Counted from the first letter of the stretch, positions 30,483 through 46,976 are shown. The stretch: DNA of 64,000 bases from the human T2T-CHM13v2.0 reference genome, Homo sapiens (GCF_009914755.1 NC_060946.1); one strand, 5' to 3'. Translations and numbers: made by a program. The notes: a model not told the origin generated them from the letters alone.

Positions 30483-32683
30483 GTAAGTCCTTGGCCTTGG
30501 CTTTCATTTTGCATCGCTCTTAAATAATAAGTTTGCTTCTTTCCTTGAACTAAGGGGGAAAAAAAGAAAAAAAAATTAATTTGGAGCAGTCTTTCCTTCT
30601 GTTTCTTGGTAATCTTCAGTTACCAGACCAGTCTCTGCAAGTATCTCCTTGCTGGGTCTGAAATGTGGCAGCACAGAGGAAGAGTTGGGAGAAAATACAG
30701 CCATTTGAAAGGTTTTAAAATCTGCAGCACAGAAGAAATCTCAGCATCAAAACAGAAGCATTACCTTACTGTTTGTCCTGGGACCTTTCCCTTCCACGTC
30801 ATTTTTAGCCCAAAGAAATTTAATTCTTCAGTTTCTGATGTCCCATAGTGATACATAACCTGTTTTGAACTGGGATGTTTTATCATGAAAAGTCAGAATT
30901 TATTCATCATGTTCTAAAGGGTTTAAACTTGCCATTAAGTCAGTTCCTTTTACATCTGCTTTCAATTTCTAAACTGTTCTCATTTACTAAGCATATTATC
31001 CTGATTCTTATTGCTTATTAAATATGAATGGCTGGCATTTGCAGTGAGGAAGGTGAACTAATACCCCCTCCAAGGGTACTGATTGAATACAAGATAAATT
31101 AGGAAGAATGCTCTGTAAAACAAATATGGACAGATAAGTATTTAAAAATCCTGTTTTACTATTTCAGGAAGCCAGAGATAGGTGCCAGAGAAGACAGAAT
31201 TTTCTTTTTTCTGGTATTTGTGCTGGAGCCCATAGTTGTTTCTCTGGGTCCTATTCAGTAGATCTGATGATCACATCAAGTTTTACTGCGTTCTTTATTT
31301 GATTTATTAAATCAGATGCTGCCTAAACCACTTATATTGACTGCCAATAGCAAATGATTAAATTCACCGTAGTTGTCATCAGCCAAGAGGATGAAGCAGT
31401 GCCTTTGGGGAAAGCCTGACCGGAGAATTGAGCTTGCTGCCTCCTTTGGGGATTAGCCATTTGCATTTGCTACACAGTTCCAGGTCCCAGCTAGCAGCGC
31501 TTTCTTCCCTAGGGTGGTATGTAGAAGGAGCCTTACTAAGGACCCAGGAGATCGGCCGCGAACTGTGTAACCTTGGCCAAGGGGTTTAACTACTGTAGAT
31601 CTCAGTTTTCCTGTCTATAAAATGAAAGACATGTAATCAACACTACATGATCTAATACCCTCCATATATTAAAATTCTTAAAGAGCTATCAGAGTCAAAA
31701 AAGATAGAATTAGCCCTCACCTGGTCCACATAAATGTCTTGGGGATTTTATTAAAGGTAATGCTTTTATGTATTTGGCAGCAAATCATAATGCTGCACTG
31801 AAGTCTCCCTCATGGGTAAAAAGCAGCTGTAGCAGTGATGGGCAGCTGTAATTAGGCCCCCGGCCTGTGTTTGGGGCTGTGGAGGATAGGGGAATGGTAG
31901 GCTTCTAGTGCAGGTTGAGAACAGGACAAGGGAATGGGGAGTCTCTCAGCAGCCCCTCCTTGGCTGGCAGGTTTTGGAGTACAGCTTCATTAGTCACAGA
32001 CAACACCAACTGGTATTAAATAATAGTTTAGTTAGGTTCAAAAGAACCTCACACCGGTTCTCTTGTTTACCATTTCTTCAGGTGCTAGGAGATAATTTAG
32101 TATTTGTTCTCCTAAGCCTTATCTTTTAGTTCCTTTCAAGAATATGTGAGGAATGAAATAAACAATTGATCCATCAGGAAAAAATGTTTCTCAGGTACCT
32201 GCTAGGAGATAGAAAGTCTTACGATTGGATTTTTACCCATAACAGACTTACAATTCATTAAACAGTGGGACTCCCTACTGTATGCTAGGCACTGTGCTGG
32301 GGGTACAGTTATGACTGAGACATAGTGTTAGCCCTCTGAGGAGTCACAGTCTGGTTGGTAGTCCAAACAAATCCATATACAACCAGTACTTATGCACTGC
32401 ATTCTGTTGTCTCTTTGCCTGGAAAGACCCCCACCTCCTTAGACTATGCCAAAATTTCATACTTATTCCACAGGGTTTAGTAGGCCTTTACAGCCTTCCC
32501 ACAGTCCCCTGACAGAAATGTTTATTTCTTCCTCTGACTCAGTGTTTGAAAGACTTGACTTGTGATCTTAACTACAAATCTGATCACATTTGGGAAAAAT
32601 CAACTCCTTTTTAGGGATTGGGAGGGGTGAGGGAAAGCACAAGAAACAAAATGCAACAGAGTTTAAAAAGCAAGTGTGATTAG

Positions 32684-33015
<332 letters not shown>

Positions 33016-33277
33016 CCTAAAAGTCTTTCAAAAAAAGGTTCTTCCTAGATCGCTGCTGAATCCAGTCTGTGTTGAGCCCAGCAATACTGTGTGGCCATTG
33101 GTATACTAATTTGTATCAGTATAAATTATCAGATTGGGCTCATCTTGTTTTAGTCAGTAAACATTAAAGAATTAAACAGTGGTAAGTGTTACAGTCTGGG
33201 TCATAGGCAGGGTTGTGTGTACCATTCTTGTATATGGCATCCAGCTTATGTCTCATAGATATATTTGTATTCATGAG

Positions 33278-33308
<31 letters not shown>

Positions 33309-33720
33309 GAGAACTTGTTGGGCGTAGTTGCTGATCATTAAATATAAATATCTTCTGTTTTACATCTCAGAAGTGGCTACATTTTTTATTCAGGAGAAGA
33401 TTCCAGAAAGAGCCACTTTCCTTATACCATGGACTGAAAAATGTCAAATATTTTGCCCGGGGAATCATCCATACAGATTTTGGAACAAAAGGTGTGCTAT
33501 TAATTGTAGCCCCTATTTCTAAGGCTCTTCTCTATTGTATAGTAGGGCTTGGGCCTCATCCTGAGACATGCTTTATAAACACACAGATTTTTTTGTTTTG
33601 GCAGTGTTATATTTGGAGAGAGAAATCTTTGGAAATTGCTTTTTCATTTGACAATCATTGAGCATGATGCAGTAAATCATAAAAAAATCAGCATTTTCTA
33701 ATCCTCTCCTGTTTTTATAG

Positions 33721-33916
33721 TTGGCTATCAGCTCTTGAAAGCACAAAATGGCTCCATCACTTGTCTGTGCTTCTGAAATCAGCGCTTCTGGTAGTGCATG
33801 CTGTGGATCAGGATCAGCGGCCGGTGCTAGTACACTGCTCAGATGGCTGGGACCGCACCCCCCAGATTGTGGCATTGGCTAAGCTCTTGCTGGACCCTTA
33901 TTACCGAACCATAGAG
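33721..33916 (+). CDS. MTMR3: MTMR3 catalytic exon with the CX5R loop HCSDGWDR (33833-33856)
   Basis: TTATAG acceptor, GTGAGC donor; 196 nt, phase 2-0; intact active-myotubularin signature. Confidence 0.98.
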
Positions 33917-34708
33917 GTGAGCCCATCCAAATGGGAGGGGTTGGTACTTCAGGATGAGCCAGGGAAACGTCTCAGGAGTGATACCAGTTTTGGGAGTGGT
34001 GATTCGGTTAAAGAAAGTGAAATTTCTGTTTTGGTCATTGTTCCTTTATGCCATGAGCTAAATTGTGGTGGTTTCTCCCACAGTTCTTGCACCTCTTAAA
34101 ATGGGGCAGATTATGGGTAACAAGGTATTGAGAATATAGACATATTTTCCTTTACAGTCTATCTACTTGTAAAAGTTTTTAGCTACCTCAGGAAAATAAG
34201 GAGTCTGTAAAAGGATCTTGGCATGCTAGATATTACCAGAGTGTTCTGTGGAGAAGCAGCTCTACCTGAAATAACCATCTGTTGGGTTAAAGATGAAAGA
34301 AAAATCATAAAGTACCCTAAAATATATGCAAGTATTAATTAAACTTGGGGTATAGAAGGATTTTACAGACTTGACTTTGTAACACCAGAGGCAGAAATGT
34401 TAAGAGAAATTTAGGGGAAAAGTGTGGTTTTTATATAGTGAACACAAGAGGCTAAAAATACACATTCAAGAAAGGCTTAGATAAACGCAGTCAGTACCAT
34501 TTTAGTGATCATGGAATGGAGTTCAGGGAATTGGGAAATTTCCCTAAGTGTGTGCCTCATCAGGGATAGAGCCTTCCACCAAAGGGCAAGGCCGGGTGGG
34601 CTTTCTGGGAGGCTGTTAGAGGGGATTGCTTTCTGTGACACCAGGCTTAGGACTGTCACAGTCTGGATAGTCTAGCACAAATGGTCTCTCCTGGATGCTT
34701 CCCTGCAG

Positions 34709-34894
34709 GGTTTCCAGGTCCTCGTGGAAATGGAGTGGCTGGATTTTGGCCATAAATTTGCTGACCGGTGTGGTCATGGGGAGAACTCGGATGATCTGAA
34801 TGAACGTTGCCCAGTGTTTCTGCAGTGGCTTGACTGTGTTCATCAGCTTCAGAGGCAATTTCCTTGCTCTTTTGAGTTCAATGAAGCATTCCTT
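34709..34894 (+). CDS. MTMR3: MTMR3 exon (GFQVLVEMEWLDFGHKFADRCG...FEFNEAFL)
   Basis: CTGCAG acceptor, GTAAGT donor; 186 nt, phase 0-0. Confidence 0.97.
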
Positions 34895-35329
34895 GTAAGT
34901 TTCTTCATTTTGGGGACTTTCTCAATTTGAAGGAGGGTCAGTACAAATGTTAGTGGGCCAGTTCTCACATGAAACTGTGCTGCCTCTTCAGAATTTAATA
35001 GAGGTGATTTTTTTCCTGTTTCTGCTTTTTTTTTTAGTAAATAATTTTGCTATTTTCAAAAAGAGAAAATCCAGGTATACCAGGTTTGCATGAAGTCCTT
35101 GTGTTGTTTTAAACTTAGTTTTTTTTTAAAGGGATGGTAGAAACCCTAAATAGCAGTTAGAAATAGAAGCAATCAGAATGTCTGGACCATACTCCCTCCA
35201 GTCTGTCTACCAGACCCCCATGACTGTCTCAGACTCTGCACCCTCTCCTTTGATGGAGGGTACACTATCCCTGCCCTCTTTCAGCCCCTCTGTCCATTTG
35301 TATACCAGCTCTCATCTCCTCTCATCTGC

Positions 35330-37520
<2,191 letters not shown>

Positions 37521-37874
37521 TAGTTTTACAAACATACTGTCAGCTCAGACTTGAGTTGTACACTGACGTGCTCCTGCACCCAGTTCATATGCTGTGGCGC
37601 TTGTGAGAGTGGCTGTTAATTCACAATCTCAGACTATTTATCACGGAAGCTAAGAGGAATAGGGGCACCAACAACCTGTCTGACTCAGGTTGTTGGGTCC
37701 TGGAATTGGTGGTGTGAGGAGGAGGAGGCTACTGCATGGCTTACTGGGTTCCCCGTCCTGACAGAGTAAATTGAAGTGTTCTCAGGGATGTTAGGATAAG
37801 GTGGCTCAGCTGAGCTGACTTACCAGAGTGTGCATGCCTGATTGCTTAATTTGTGCTTCATTGGACTTCCATAG

Positions 37875-38045
37875 GTGAAACTGGTGCAGCATACCTATTC
37901 CTGCCTGTTTGGAACATTCCTGTGCAACAACGCCAAGGAGAGAGGGGAAAAGCATACTCAGGAACGGACATGTTCCGTGTGGTCACTTCTTCGGGCAGGC
38001 AACAAGGCTTTCAAAAACCTACTGTATTCCTCTCAGTCAGAAGCC
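37875..38045 (+). CDS. MTMR3: MTMR3 exon (VKLVQHTYSCLFGTFLCNN...SQSEA)
   Basis: CCATAG acceptor, GTATGT donor; 171 nt, phase 0-0. Confidence 0.95.
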
Positions 38046-39273
38046 GTATGTATCCTTCAGCCTTTCCACTGTGGTCAGCAGAAGGAATTTGGGGTTGGTT
38101 ACATATGAGAGCCTTTTTGAGTAGTGACTGTTTTTGTGAAGACATCTCTACTGTCTCTGGATGGACTGGTTCCATTTTTCCCCCATGATTCTGTCCTGAG
38201 GAAGGCCTGCTTCTGATGGTGCTCTGATCTGTTTCTGATGACTACTTGCTGAGGGTGGTTTGGTTTAACACAGATCTCTACTTTGCCACCCTAGACATGA
38301 ATCTTTTTTGGCACTGCCTCCAGAGCTTATTTCTAGCATATTCTGTCTTACGGGAGAGGCACTTAAGTTGCTTCCTGATGCACTGATAGCTCAGAATGAG
38401 CTGCCACCAGGCCCCCAGCACCCTCCCAGTGTCAATAAGCAATGATACCCACCAAAGCTTCTGTCTCAGAACAGTAAACTGTGTTTGACATTGGTATGTG
38501 TGTCTGTCTGATTCTCTGCTCACATGAAGAGCTGGCAGGCCCTTTAAGACTTTGTTCCCCGAAGGAATGAATACCTTCTGTTAAGCAGAGAAAAGGAGGC
38601 ACATAGACCTATGTGTCAGTTTCATAGTAATACTAGCTTTGTCAGAATGCATCTTAGACCCTAAAGAAGTCAAAAGGAGGCTAATCAGAGTTCATATTGA
38701 TTTCCTGGACTATTAATATGGTTCTCATTACATTTAAGTAATCACAGAAAAGATTTAAGCTGACTGCTTGTCTCTCCCCTTCAGTGTGCCTTCTGGGGAA
38801 GTAACAATACAGCAGGAAAATTTCCTTCTTTTCACATGATTAATTTAAATGATCCCATAAAATGGGTTTGACAGTGTTTCTTGAAGCCAAGCTTTTGTGC
38901 CAGCAGGATGGACAATCACCATCTAACAGAATGACTCACTTTCTTAGGCAGTAAAAGCAACAAATCAAGCTGATGAAAGTCAGACATTGAAGGTGACCTA
39001 AGAAATAACTATAATGAGAAAGGGATCTTAAAAATATTTTATATTTTCATGCTCTCAAGTGGCTCTTAGGTGAAAAATGTTGGCTATATAAAATGTCTAG
39101 TCCTGTATTGGTCCTCTTGGGATAGACCTGTATCCATTGGTGCTGCTTCTTTGTGGAGATCCTGTCAGCCCTGTTGGGTATTCCAGCTGGGTGCTTGCTC
39201 TTGATCCTCATTTCCAGACATCCTAGAAGACTTATTGGGGCATATTTAAACCTGTGTCCTCCCCCCTCCTCAG

Positions 39274-39419
39274 GTGCTGTACCCTGTGTGCCATGTGCGT
39301 AACCTGATGCTGTGGAGTGCAGTGTACCTGCCCTGCCCATCCCCAACCACCCCTGTGGACGACAGCTGTGCACCATACCCAGCCCCAGGCACCAGCCCTG
39401 ATGATCCCCCCCTGAGCCG
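39274..39419 (+). CDS. MTMR3: MTMR3 exon (VLYPVCHVRNLMLWSAVYLP...DDPPLS)
   Basis: CCTCAG acceptor, GTGAGC donor; 146 nt, phase 0-2. Confidence 0.95.
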
Positions 39420-39760
39420 GTGAGCCCAGGGTGATGCCACAGGCCTGACAGCCTGTGTGGGTGTATTCCTGTGTTGGGACGTGTGCAGGGATGGTCAGAG
39501 ATCATGATGGTATCTGGCTCCACAGTATCTTTCTTAGGTCTCTGCAGTTTTTTCAGGGAAGTTATAGGGATTTCTGAGCTACGAGGCTGTAAGATCCTTG
39601 TTTCTGGGAGTGAGTTAGGCCCTGTTGCTTCATGTTGTTTTGCATACACTGAGCCGCTCCTCAGTGATAGAGCAAATCCTCCAGTTTTTCTGTGACCCCC
39701 TGGTTTGTGTTTTCCCCAGTGCTCTGTGCTCCTGCCTATTTGCCATGATTTGTCTTCTGA

Positions 39761-40108
<348 letters not shown>

Positions 40109-40237
40109 TTTGGCTTTGTCACTTGAGAATTAGCTTTATTAAATTCAGACTGATAGATAATACATTAATTTAAAATACTGTAATATCAAGAAACACCAGT
40201 GCTACTTTGCCATCCACTGAGAAACACAGCAGCATCA

Positions 40238-40570
<333 letters not shown>

Positions 40571-40826
40571 TAGCACTTGCTGTTAGCTCATTTGTATGTA
40601 TGGGGCATGGGGTTGGGGGAGTTTGAAAGGAAATCTGCACACTAGGAGGACTTGTTCCGGAGCTTTGCTGCTCCAGCAGTCTGGGCCTCGCTCCAGAGAT
40701 GCTACAGCTCCATGAGTAGCCATAATGGACCCAGTTATGAAACAACTGCTTGTTAAAACCTATTGTCTCCTACTTCCTCCAAACAGTTTCCAAGATTTTC
40801 ATTTCCCCCAAATTCCTTTCCTTTAG

Positions 40827-42231
40827 GCTACCAAAGACTAGATCATACGACAATCTGACCACAGCCTGTGACAACACAGTGCCTCTGGCCAGCCGGCGCT
40901 GCAGCGACCCCAGCCTGAACGAGAAGTGGCAGGAGCACCGGCGCTCACTAGAGCTGAGCAGCCTGGCTGGCCCTGGAGAGGATCCCCTTTCTGCCGACAG
41001 CCTAGGGAAGCCCACCAGAGTGCCGGGGGGTGCCGAGCTTTCTGTTGCAGCCGGAGTAGCTGAGGGGCAGATGGAGAACATCTTGCAGGAGGCCACCAAA
41101 GAGGAGAGTGGAGTAGAGGAACCTGCCCACAGGGCAGGCATTGAGATACAGGAGGGTAAAGAGGACCCTCTCTTAGAAAAGGAGAGCAGGAGGAAGACAC
41201 CTGAGGCCTCAGCCATTGGACTTCACCAAGACCCAGAACTGGGTGATGCTGCTCTGAGGAGCCATCTGGATATGAGCTGGCCTCTGTTCTCACAGGGCAT
41301 TTCTGAACAGCAGAGTGGGCTCAGTGTTCTCCTCAGTTCTCTCCAGGTCCCCCCCAGGGGAGAGGATTCCCTGGAGGTCCCTGTGGAGCAGTTTCGAATA
41401 GAAGAGATTGCAGAGGGTAGGGAGGAAGCAGTTCTTCCAATCCCAGTAGATGCAAAAGTTGGCTATGGTACCTCACAGTCATGTTCTCTGCTACCTTCCC
41501 AAGTCCCTTTTGAGACCAGAGGACCAAACGTGGACAGTTCTACAGACATGTTAGTGGAAGATAAGGTGAAGTCAGTAAGTGGGCCCCAAGGTCATCATAG
41601 ATCTTGCCTTGTAAATAGTGGCAAGGACAGGCTTCCTCAGACCATGGAACCCAGCCCTTCAGAGACAAGCCTGGTCGAGAGGCCCCAAGTGGGGTCTGTG
41701 GTGCATAGGACTTCCCTTGGCAGCACTCTCAGCCTGACACGTTCCCCTTGTGCCTTGCCTTTAGCCGAATGTAAAGAGGGGCTTGTGTGCAATGGTGCCC
41801 CAGAGACTGAAAACAGGGCCTCAGAGCAGCCCCCAGGTCTTAGCACCCTCCAGATGTACCCCACACCCAATGGGCATTGCGCCAATGGGGAGGCTGGTAG
41901 GAGCAAGGACTCACTGAGCCGTCAGCTGTCTGCTATGAGCTGCAGCTCTGCCCACTTACACTCAAGGAACTTGCACCACAAGTGGCTGCATAGCCACTCA
42001 GGAAGGCCATCTGCAACCAGCAGCCCCGACCAGCCTTCCCGCAGCCACCTGGACGATGATGGCATGTCAGTGTACACAGACACGATCCAACAGCGCCTGC
42101 GTCAGATTGAGTCAGGCCACCAGCAGGAAGTAGAAACTTTGAAGAAACAAGTCCAGGAGCTGAAGAGTCGCCTGGAGAGCCAGTACCTGACCAGCTCCCT
42201 ACACTTTAATGGAGACTTTGGGGATGAGGTG
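40827..42231 (+). CDS. MTMR3: MTMR3 large exon: Ser/Glu/Pro-rich linker plus coiled coil (QQRLRQIESGHQQEVETLKKQVQELKSRL)
   Basis: CTTTAG acceptor, GTGAGT donor at 42232; 1405 nt, phase 2-0; same frame as the 527-aa ORF 40750..42333. Confidence 0.96.
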
Positions 42232-43376
42232 GTGAGTAGGCTGTGGTATTCCTCCATAGCTGCCCAAGGAGACGGCATGCTGAGGCTGGGTGCCCTTTGT
42301 GCCCAGTGCATGGTGATTGGTACAGGTTGTTAAAGGATTGGAAAGGTCCAGAGTAGCCCTGTTAAGAGAGGCTGGAGATGAGCCTCCACGACAGCGATGG
42401 CAGCCTGCCTGTTTTCTGCTTCGCTTACTTTCTGCAGATGTCCTGTTGAGGCCGTTGGAGAGGAAGAGACTTAGCATGCACTGCATGGTTGATCAGATCT
42501 CTCAGACACAGGATCATAAGTCTTCAGAAGGGCTTGAACCCATGGGCAGAATGACATCTGTAGGGCAATGCCAAGTTATTCCTGTCAGATTTTAGTGCCT
42601 GTTCTGCCTTAGTAACTACAAAGTATTAGTCCTTCCAGACGTGGGCTATGGCTTTGAAGGTTCAGTTCTTTTTAAACAAATATTTATACCCATCCTGTGG
42701 CAGATGCTGCCAGTAGAAATGGAGAGAAGGGACTGGTTTCTAGCACTGTTGAGGAGTTAGCTCTGATGGGGGTTTGTGGCTGGAAATGGGGGTTCCAGAG
42801 GGGGAGGTTCTCAAGGGAGGTGCTTTCCTCTCTGGGTGGACTTGACTCAGGCAGCTCAAGTACAAGTGTGAGCCTGGCTCTCAAGTGGTCAGCGTACATT
42901 AAAGGCGGGCACATCCAGTGACTTTCAGTTCAGAGTGACTTGGCTTTTCCTTCATGCTAATGATAGTTTCTCATGTTCCCAGAGAGTCCTTCTAAGAAAA
43001 GGAGGGCATCCCGAAAGCACTCAGCTTTAACTTAGTGGCAGGCAGGGTTGGATTGACAGGCCCACTGGAGCAGCTGACATACAGAATTCTCATTCCATTT
43101 TGGTCACTTCCCTCTCACTCACTTTCTGGAACCCTGAGGGCCTGTTTTTCTACTCCAGAGTCACTGCACACAACCTGTGTATCCCTCTCCCAGCTGAGCC
43201 CAGGCCCACACTGCACTTCTTCACCCCAGTTCTTGATGGCTGATGCATCTGCAGATTCGGCAGTCCTAGCACTCGGCCCCACCCAGAGTCCTCAGTTCTC
43301 CCTTCTTCACCAGGCCTTTTCTTCTTTTGGGAGGAGACCAGGTTCATTCTGTTCAGCTGTGTTTGTTTGCCAACAG

Positions 43377-43487
43377 ACTTCAATCCCCGACTCGGAAAGC
43401 AATCTGGATCAGAACTGTTTGTCTCGCTGCAGCACAGAGATTTTCTCTGAAGCCAGCTGGGAGCAGGTGGATAAACAGGACACAGAG
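43377..43487 (+). CDS. MTMR3: MTMR3 111-nt symmetric (skippable) exon TSIPDSESNLDQNCLSRCSTEIFSEASWEQVDKQDTE
   Basis: CAACAG acceptor, GTACAG donor; phase 0-0, 37 codons. Confidence 0.92.
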
Positions 43488-43956
43488 GTACAGGCTCAGC
43501 CCCTGCTCTGAGTGCCATCCATTTAACTGTTTTGTGGTTCTTCTCCACCCCCATTCCCACCCCATACCCCTGGCCAAGGAAGCACCTCCCAGCACAGCTA
43601 GCCCTGAGCCTCTGGCACCTTAGCTCCTGGGAACCCACATGAAGCCTAGGATTTCTGAGCCAGGGAGACTCAGCAAGCTGGCCCTCCCTCTTCATTGCCT
43701 CTATGAACTGGAGCCTTGCCAGCTCTCACAGTGACCCAGGGTGCTGCTGCCTGCTACTTTATCTCAGGGGAGATTGGAGTCCCCTCCAGGGAAACGATTT
43801 GGACGCCTTTCTTGTACTGTTGACATCAGATCTGCTGGGCTGGTGCCACTGGAGCTGATGTGGTCCTTGTGACTCTTGCTGCCCCCAGCATGGCTCTGCT
43901 GGCTCCAGCTGGATGGCCCATCTCCTGTCAGTAACCTGGTCCCATCTGTTTTGCAG

Positions 43957-44045
43957 ATGACCCGTTGGCTTCCTGACCACCTGGCCGCCCACTGCTATGC
44001 GTGCGACAGTGCCTTCTGGCTTGCCAGCAGGAAGCACCACTGCAG
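43957..44045 (+). CDS. MTMR3: MTMR3 exon, first half of FYVE domain (MTRWLPDHLAAHCYACDSAFWLASRKHHC-R)
   Basis: TTGCAG acceptor, GTACCA donor; 89 nt, phase 0-2; WxxD and RKHHCR FYVE motifs. Confidence 0.96.
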
Positions 44046-44804
44046 GTACCATTGAGGGGCTGTGGTAGGGTGGGCTGTGTGTGGAGGTTGAGGGTCGGCC
44101 CACAGAGCCTGCAGAGTAGAGGGTTGTGGGTATCTCAGTGTTCTGTCTGAGGCAGAGCCATGGTCTCATCTTCCTGTGCCTCTGAAATTGGTGTTTGCAA
44201 AACTGCATTTGGCATCTTTGTTCAAATTCAGAGTAATCACTGTTAAATTCTGAAATGTGCAAATGGTAGCATTTTGTTGTTTCCCAGATTGGTGAAACAA
44301 CAGCCACCACTGAAACCACCATTTCTTATTCTCAGCATAACATTTCTTCCCATTCAACATGGCTACTATGAGCAAAACCAGTTTTCCTGCGATGGGGAGG
44401 GAACTATTTTCCTATTCCTTTCCTGCTCCCTGACCCCACACTTGTTTTCCCTTGTGCCATTGGTGAGCAGCTGTAGCTTGGGAAGTAGTAGAGACAGCTG
44501 AGGACAGTCTTCCAATCATTAAGGTTCCTGACTTCTTTTTCCTTCTGGGTTAGGGTAGTGAGTTTACTAGGGACCCTTTGCCCCAGCTAGGGTGTTGACT
44601 GTCTGGTGGATGTTCAGTGTTCTTAGAAGAGGAAGTTTATCTGAATCATGCCATAGCTCACCCACACGAGTGGGTGGATTGAAAATGGAACAGTCTCTTT
44701 GCCTAGTAATGATGCTTCTAGGACATGTATCTCCCCACCCTGCACCCCAAGCCCAGATATCTTTGGTTGGCTTCTCTTCTGAGCTCTTTCTCCCCTCCTT
44801 GCAG

Positions 44805-44831
44805 GGACACTGACCGTGTTGATCAAACGTG
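44805..44831 (+). CDS. MTMR3: MTMR3 alternative 27-nt microexon adding DTDRVDQTW after RKHHCR
   Basis: Pyrimidine tract plus TTGCAG acceptor, TG|GTGAGC donor; phase 2-2, open frame; agrees with my recollection of a described MTMR3 isoform. Confidence 0.85.
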
Positions 44832-45359
44832 GTGAGCATTTGCAACAACCTGCCTGTGATGTCTGCACATCTACAATAACTTCTCCACACTAACTCTTAT
44901 CATTTCCCCCTCTCTGCACTTACTAGGGTGAAGCCTGGGGCCTTGGGTGCACAGGCAGATAGGTGGGCTTGAGGGGATTCAAAGCAGCTGAGGAGAGGCC
45001 ATCGAGGGTGGGTCAGGCTGCAGCCATGTGCTCCCCTCCTGATCACAGAGGTCAGCCAGGCCGTCTTGCTTGTGACGAGAAGTAGTGCTTCTTGTCTTCT
45101 GGTCTTGTAGGGGAACCAGTTGGGTTTTCAGAGCTATTTATTTTGGGTCAGTGATTCATTGAGATGCCAGAATAATGCTAGTAATTTCCAGGTCAAACAG
45201 CATCACTGCTTCTTTTTTCCCTTTTTTTTTTTTTTTAAGAGACCAGGACTGAACAGAGGTGATCTTTCCAGAGAATTGTTTTAGCTTGGAAGACTTCAAG
45301 GAAAGATTCCACTTAGTGTCTTTCAGGGTCCTCTGAAAGAAGTCAGATAGAAAAGCATC

Positions 45360-45686
<327 letters not shown>

Positions 45687-46976
45687 TCAGGCTTTTGAGC
45701 TGAACTCCAGCAGGAATGTTAAAGAAGTGTAGATGTTCAGAAATTTTTCTGTGTAACTACAGGTTTTTGCTGACTCACGCTTTTTAGAACTAGTTACGAA
45801 GTACAGCATTCTAGAAGATGAATTTTGTGTTTTTCTTTTCTGTCTTTCCATTGCCCCATGTCCCACCTTTTCCTTTTGTGGTATTCTTTTGTTCCCAACT
45901 GGTCTTAGTCTTCTCTCCTCCTGTGCCTAAGTGATCCTTAATCCAGCAGTGGGTTTGCATTCCGAACAGCATAAATGAAAAGTTAGAAGGCTAAGAAGCT
46001 GCCCTCCCCCAGTCTTTGGTGGGCTGTGTCAGGCTCCTTGGAGCTTCTTGTTCTTAGGCTCATTAGGATTGATTTGTACCTCAGGGCCCAGCAAAAGTAG
46101 AGTTGTAAGGTGGGCAGAAACTCATTCTTTGCCAATTCCCTTTCCTGTTGGCTCTGATGGGCATCCATCTGGGGGTGCAGAACTGTGCTGCACAGATGCC
46201 TCAGAACCCAGCTTTCAGGGGAGGAGGAGAGGGATGCCTGGGGCCTGAGTGCATTCTGGCCTTCTGGTAGAACTCTGGTTTTCCCTGGAGATGCATGGGT
46301 CGGGGAGTGAGCCATAATTGACTGACACCTATCTAATAAGGGGGTGTGTGTGCACGTGTGTTCATCCTGTGTTCTTGTCCTCCCACCTCTCCTCTTTCAC
46401 CCTCTGAGCATGCATCACAGGCTGCTTGTCCCTGGCTTTGCATGCTGCCAGCAGAGCAGTCCAAAATGGCAGCAGTCTATCTGCCATGTTGCTGCCTTTG
46501 ATCCTCTGGAGAAGTGGCCGTTGGGCAAGGCTCCTTACTCCCCAGTGAGGCTGGGTAGTTGTTTCTCTCGTTTGAGGAGCCTGGCCTCTGTGATCACAAG
46601 CTACACAGAGGGCATTGCCTAGGTGGGTGTGGCCACTGGGTTTTCCTGGATCAGGACTAACCCATTGTTAGGACCATGTATTCTTACAGATCTCTCTTGA
46701 GCAGCATTCTTTTGTATACCTGAGCAGCATTCTTTTGAGTCAGTGGTGAGGCAGCCAAGAATCCTTGGCCCCAAAGTGAAAATGACATGTGACTCTGCTA
46801 GGTAGGGACACCCTCCCTACCCAGCTTGTTCCTGGGCTAGAGAGATGAAAGGGTTTGATCTCAAGGAGCTCCAGCACATGCAAATTACACACGGCAAAGT
46901 TTGTCTTTTGAAGTTGGTTTCCCTCCGCATACCTGCTGGCCAAAACTAACATTGTTCTGTTTCTTCTCATCTCAAG

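Noticed and set aside
39047-39649. 200-aa minus-strand ORF
   Set aside because: Spans an MTMR3 exon and intron antisense; no homology or domain recognised
40770-42311. Minus-strand ORFs (148, 151, 89 aa and others) over the large exon
   Set aside because: Antisense shadows of a GC-rich coding exon with no recognisable domain
43150-44322. 181-aa and 187-aa minus-strand ORFs
   Set aside because: Antisense to exons in GC-rich sequence with no recognisable product
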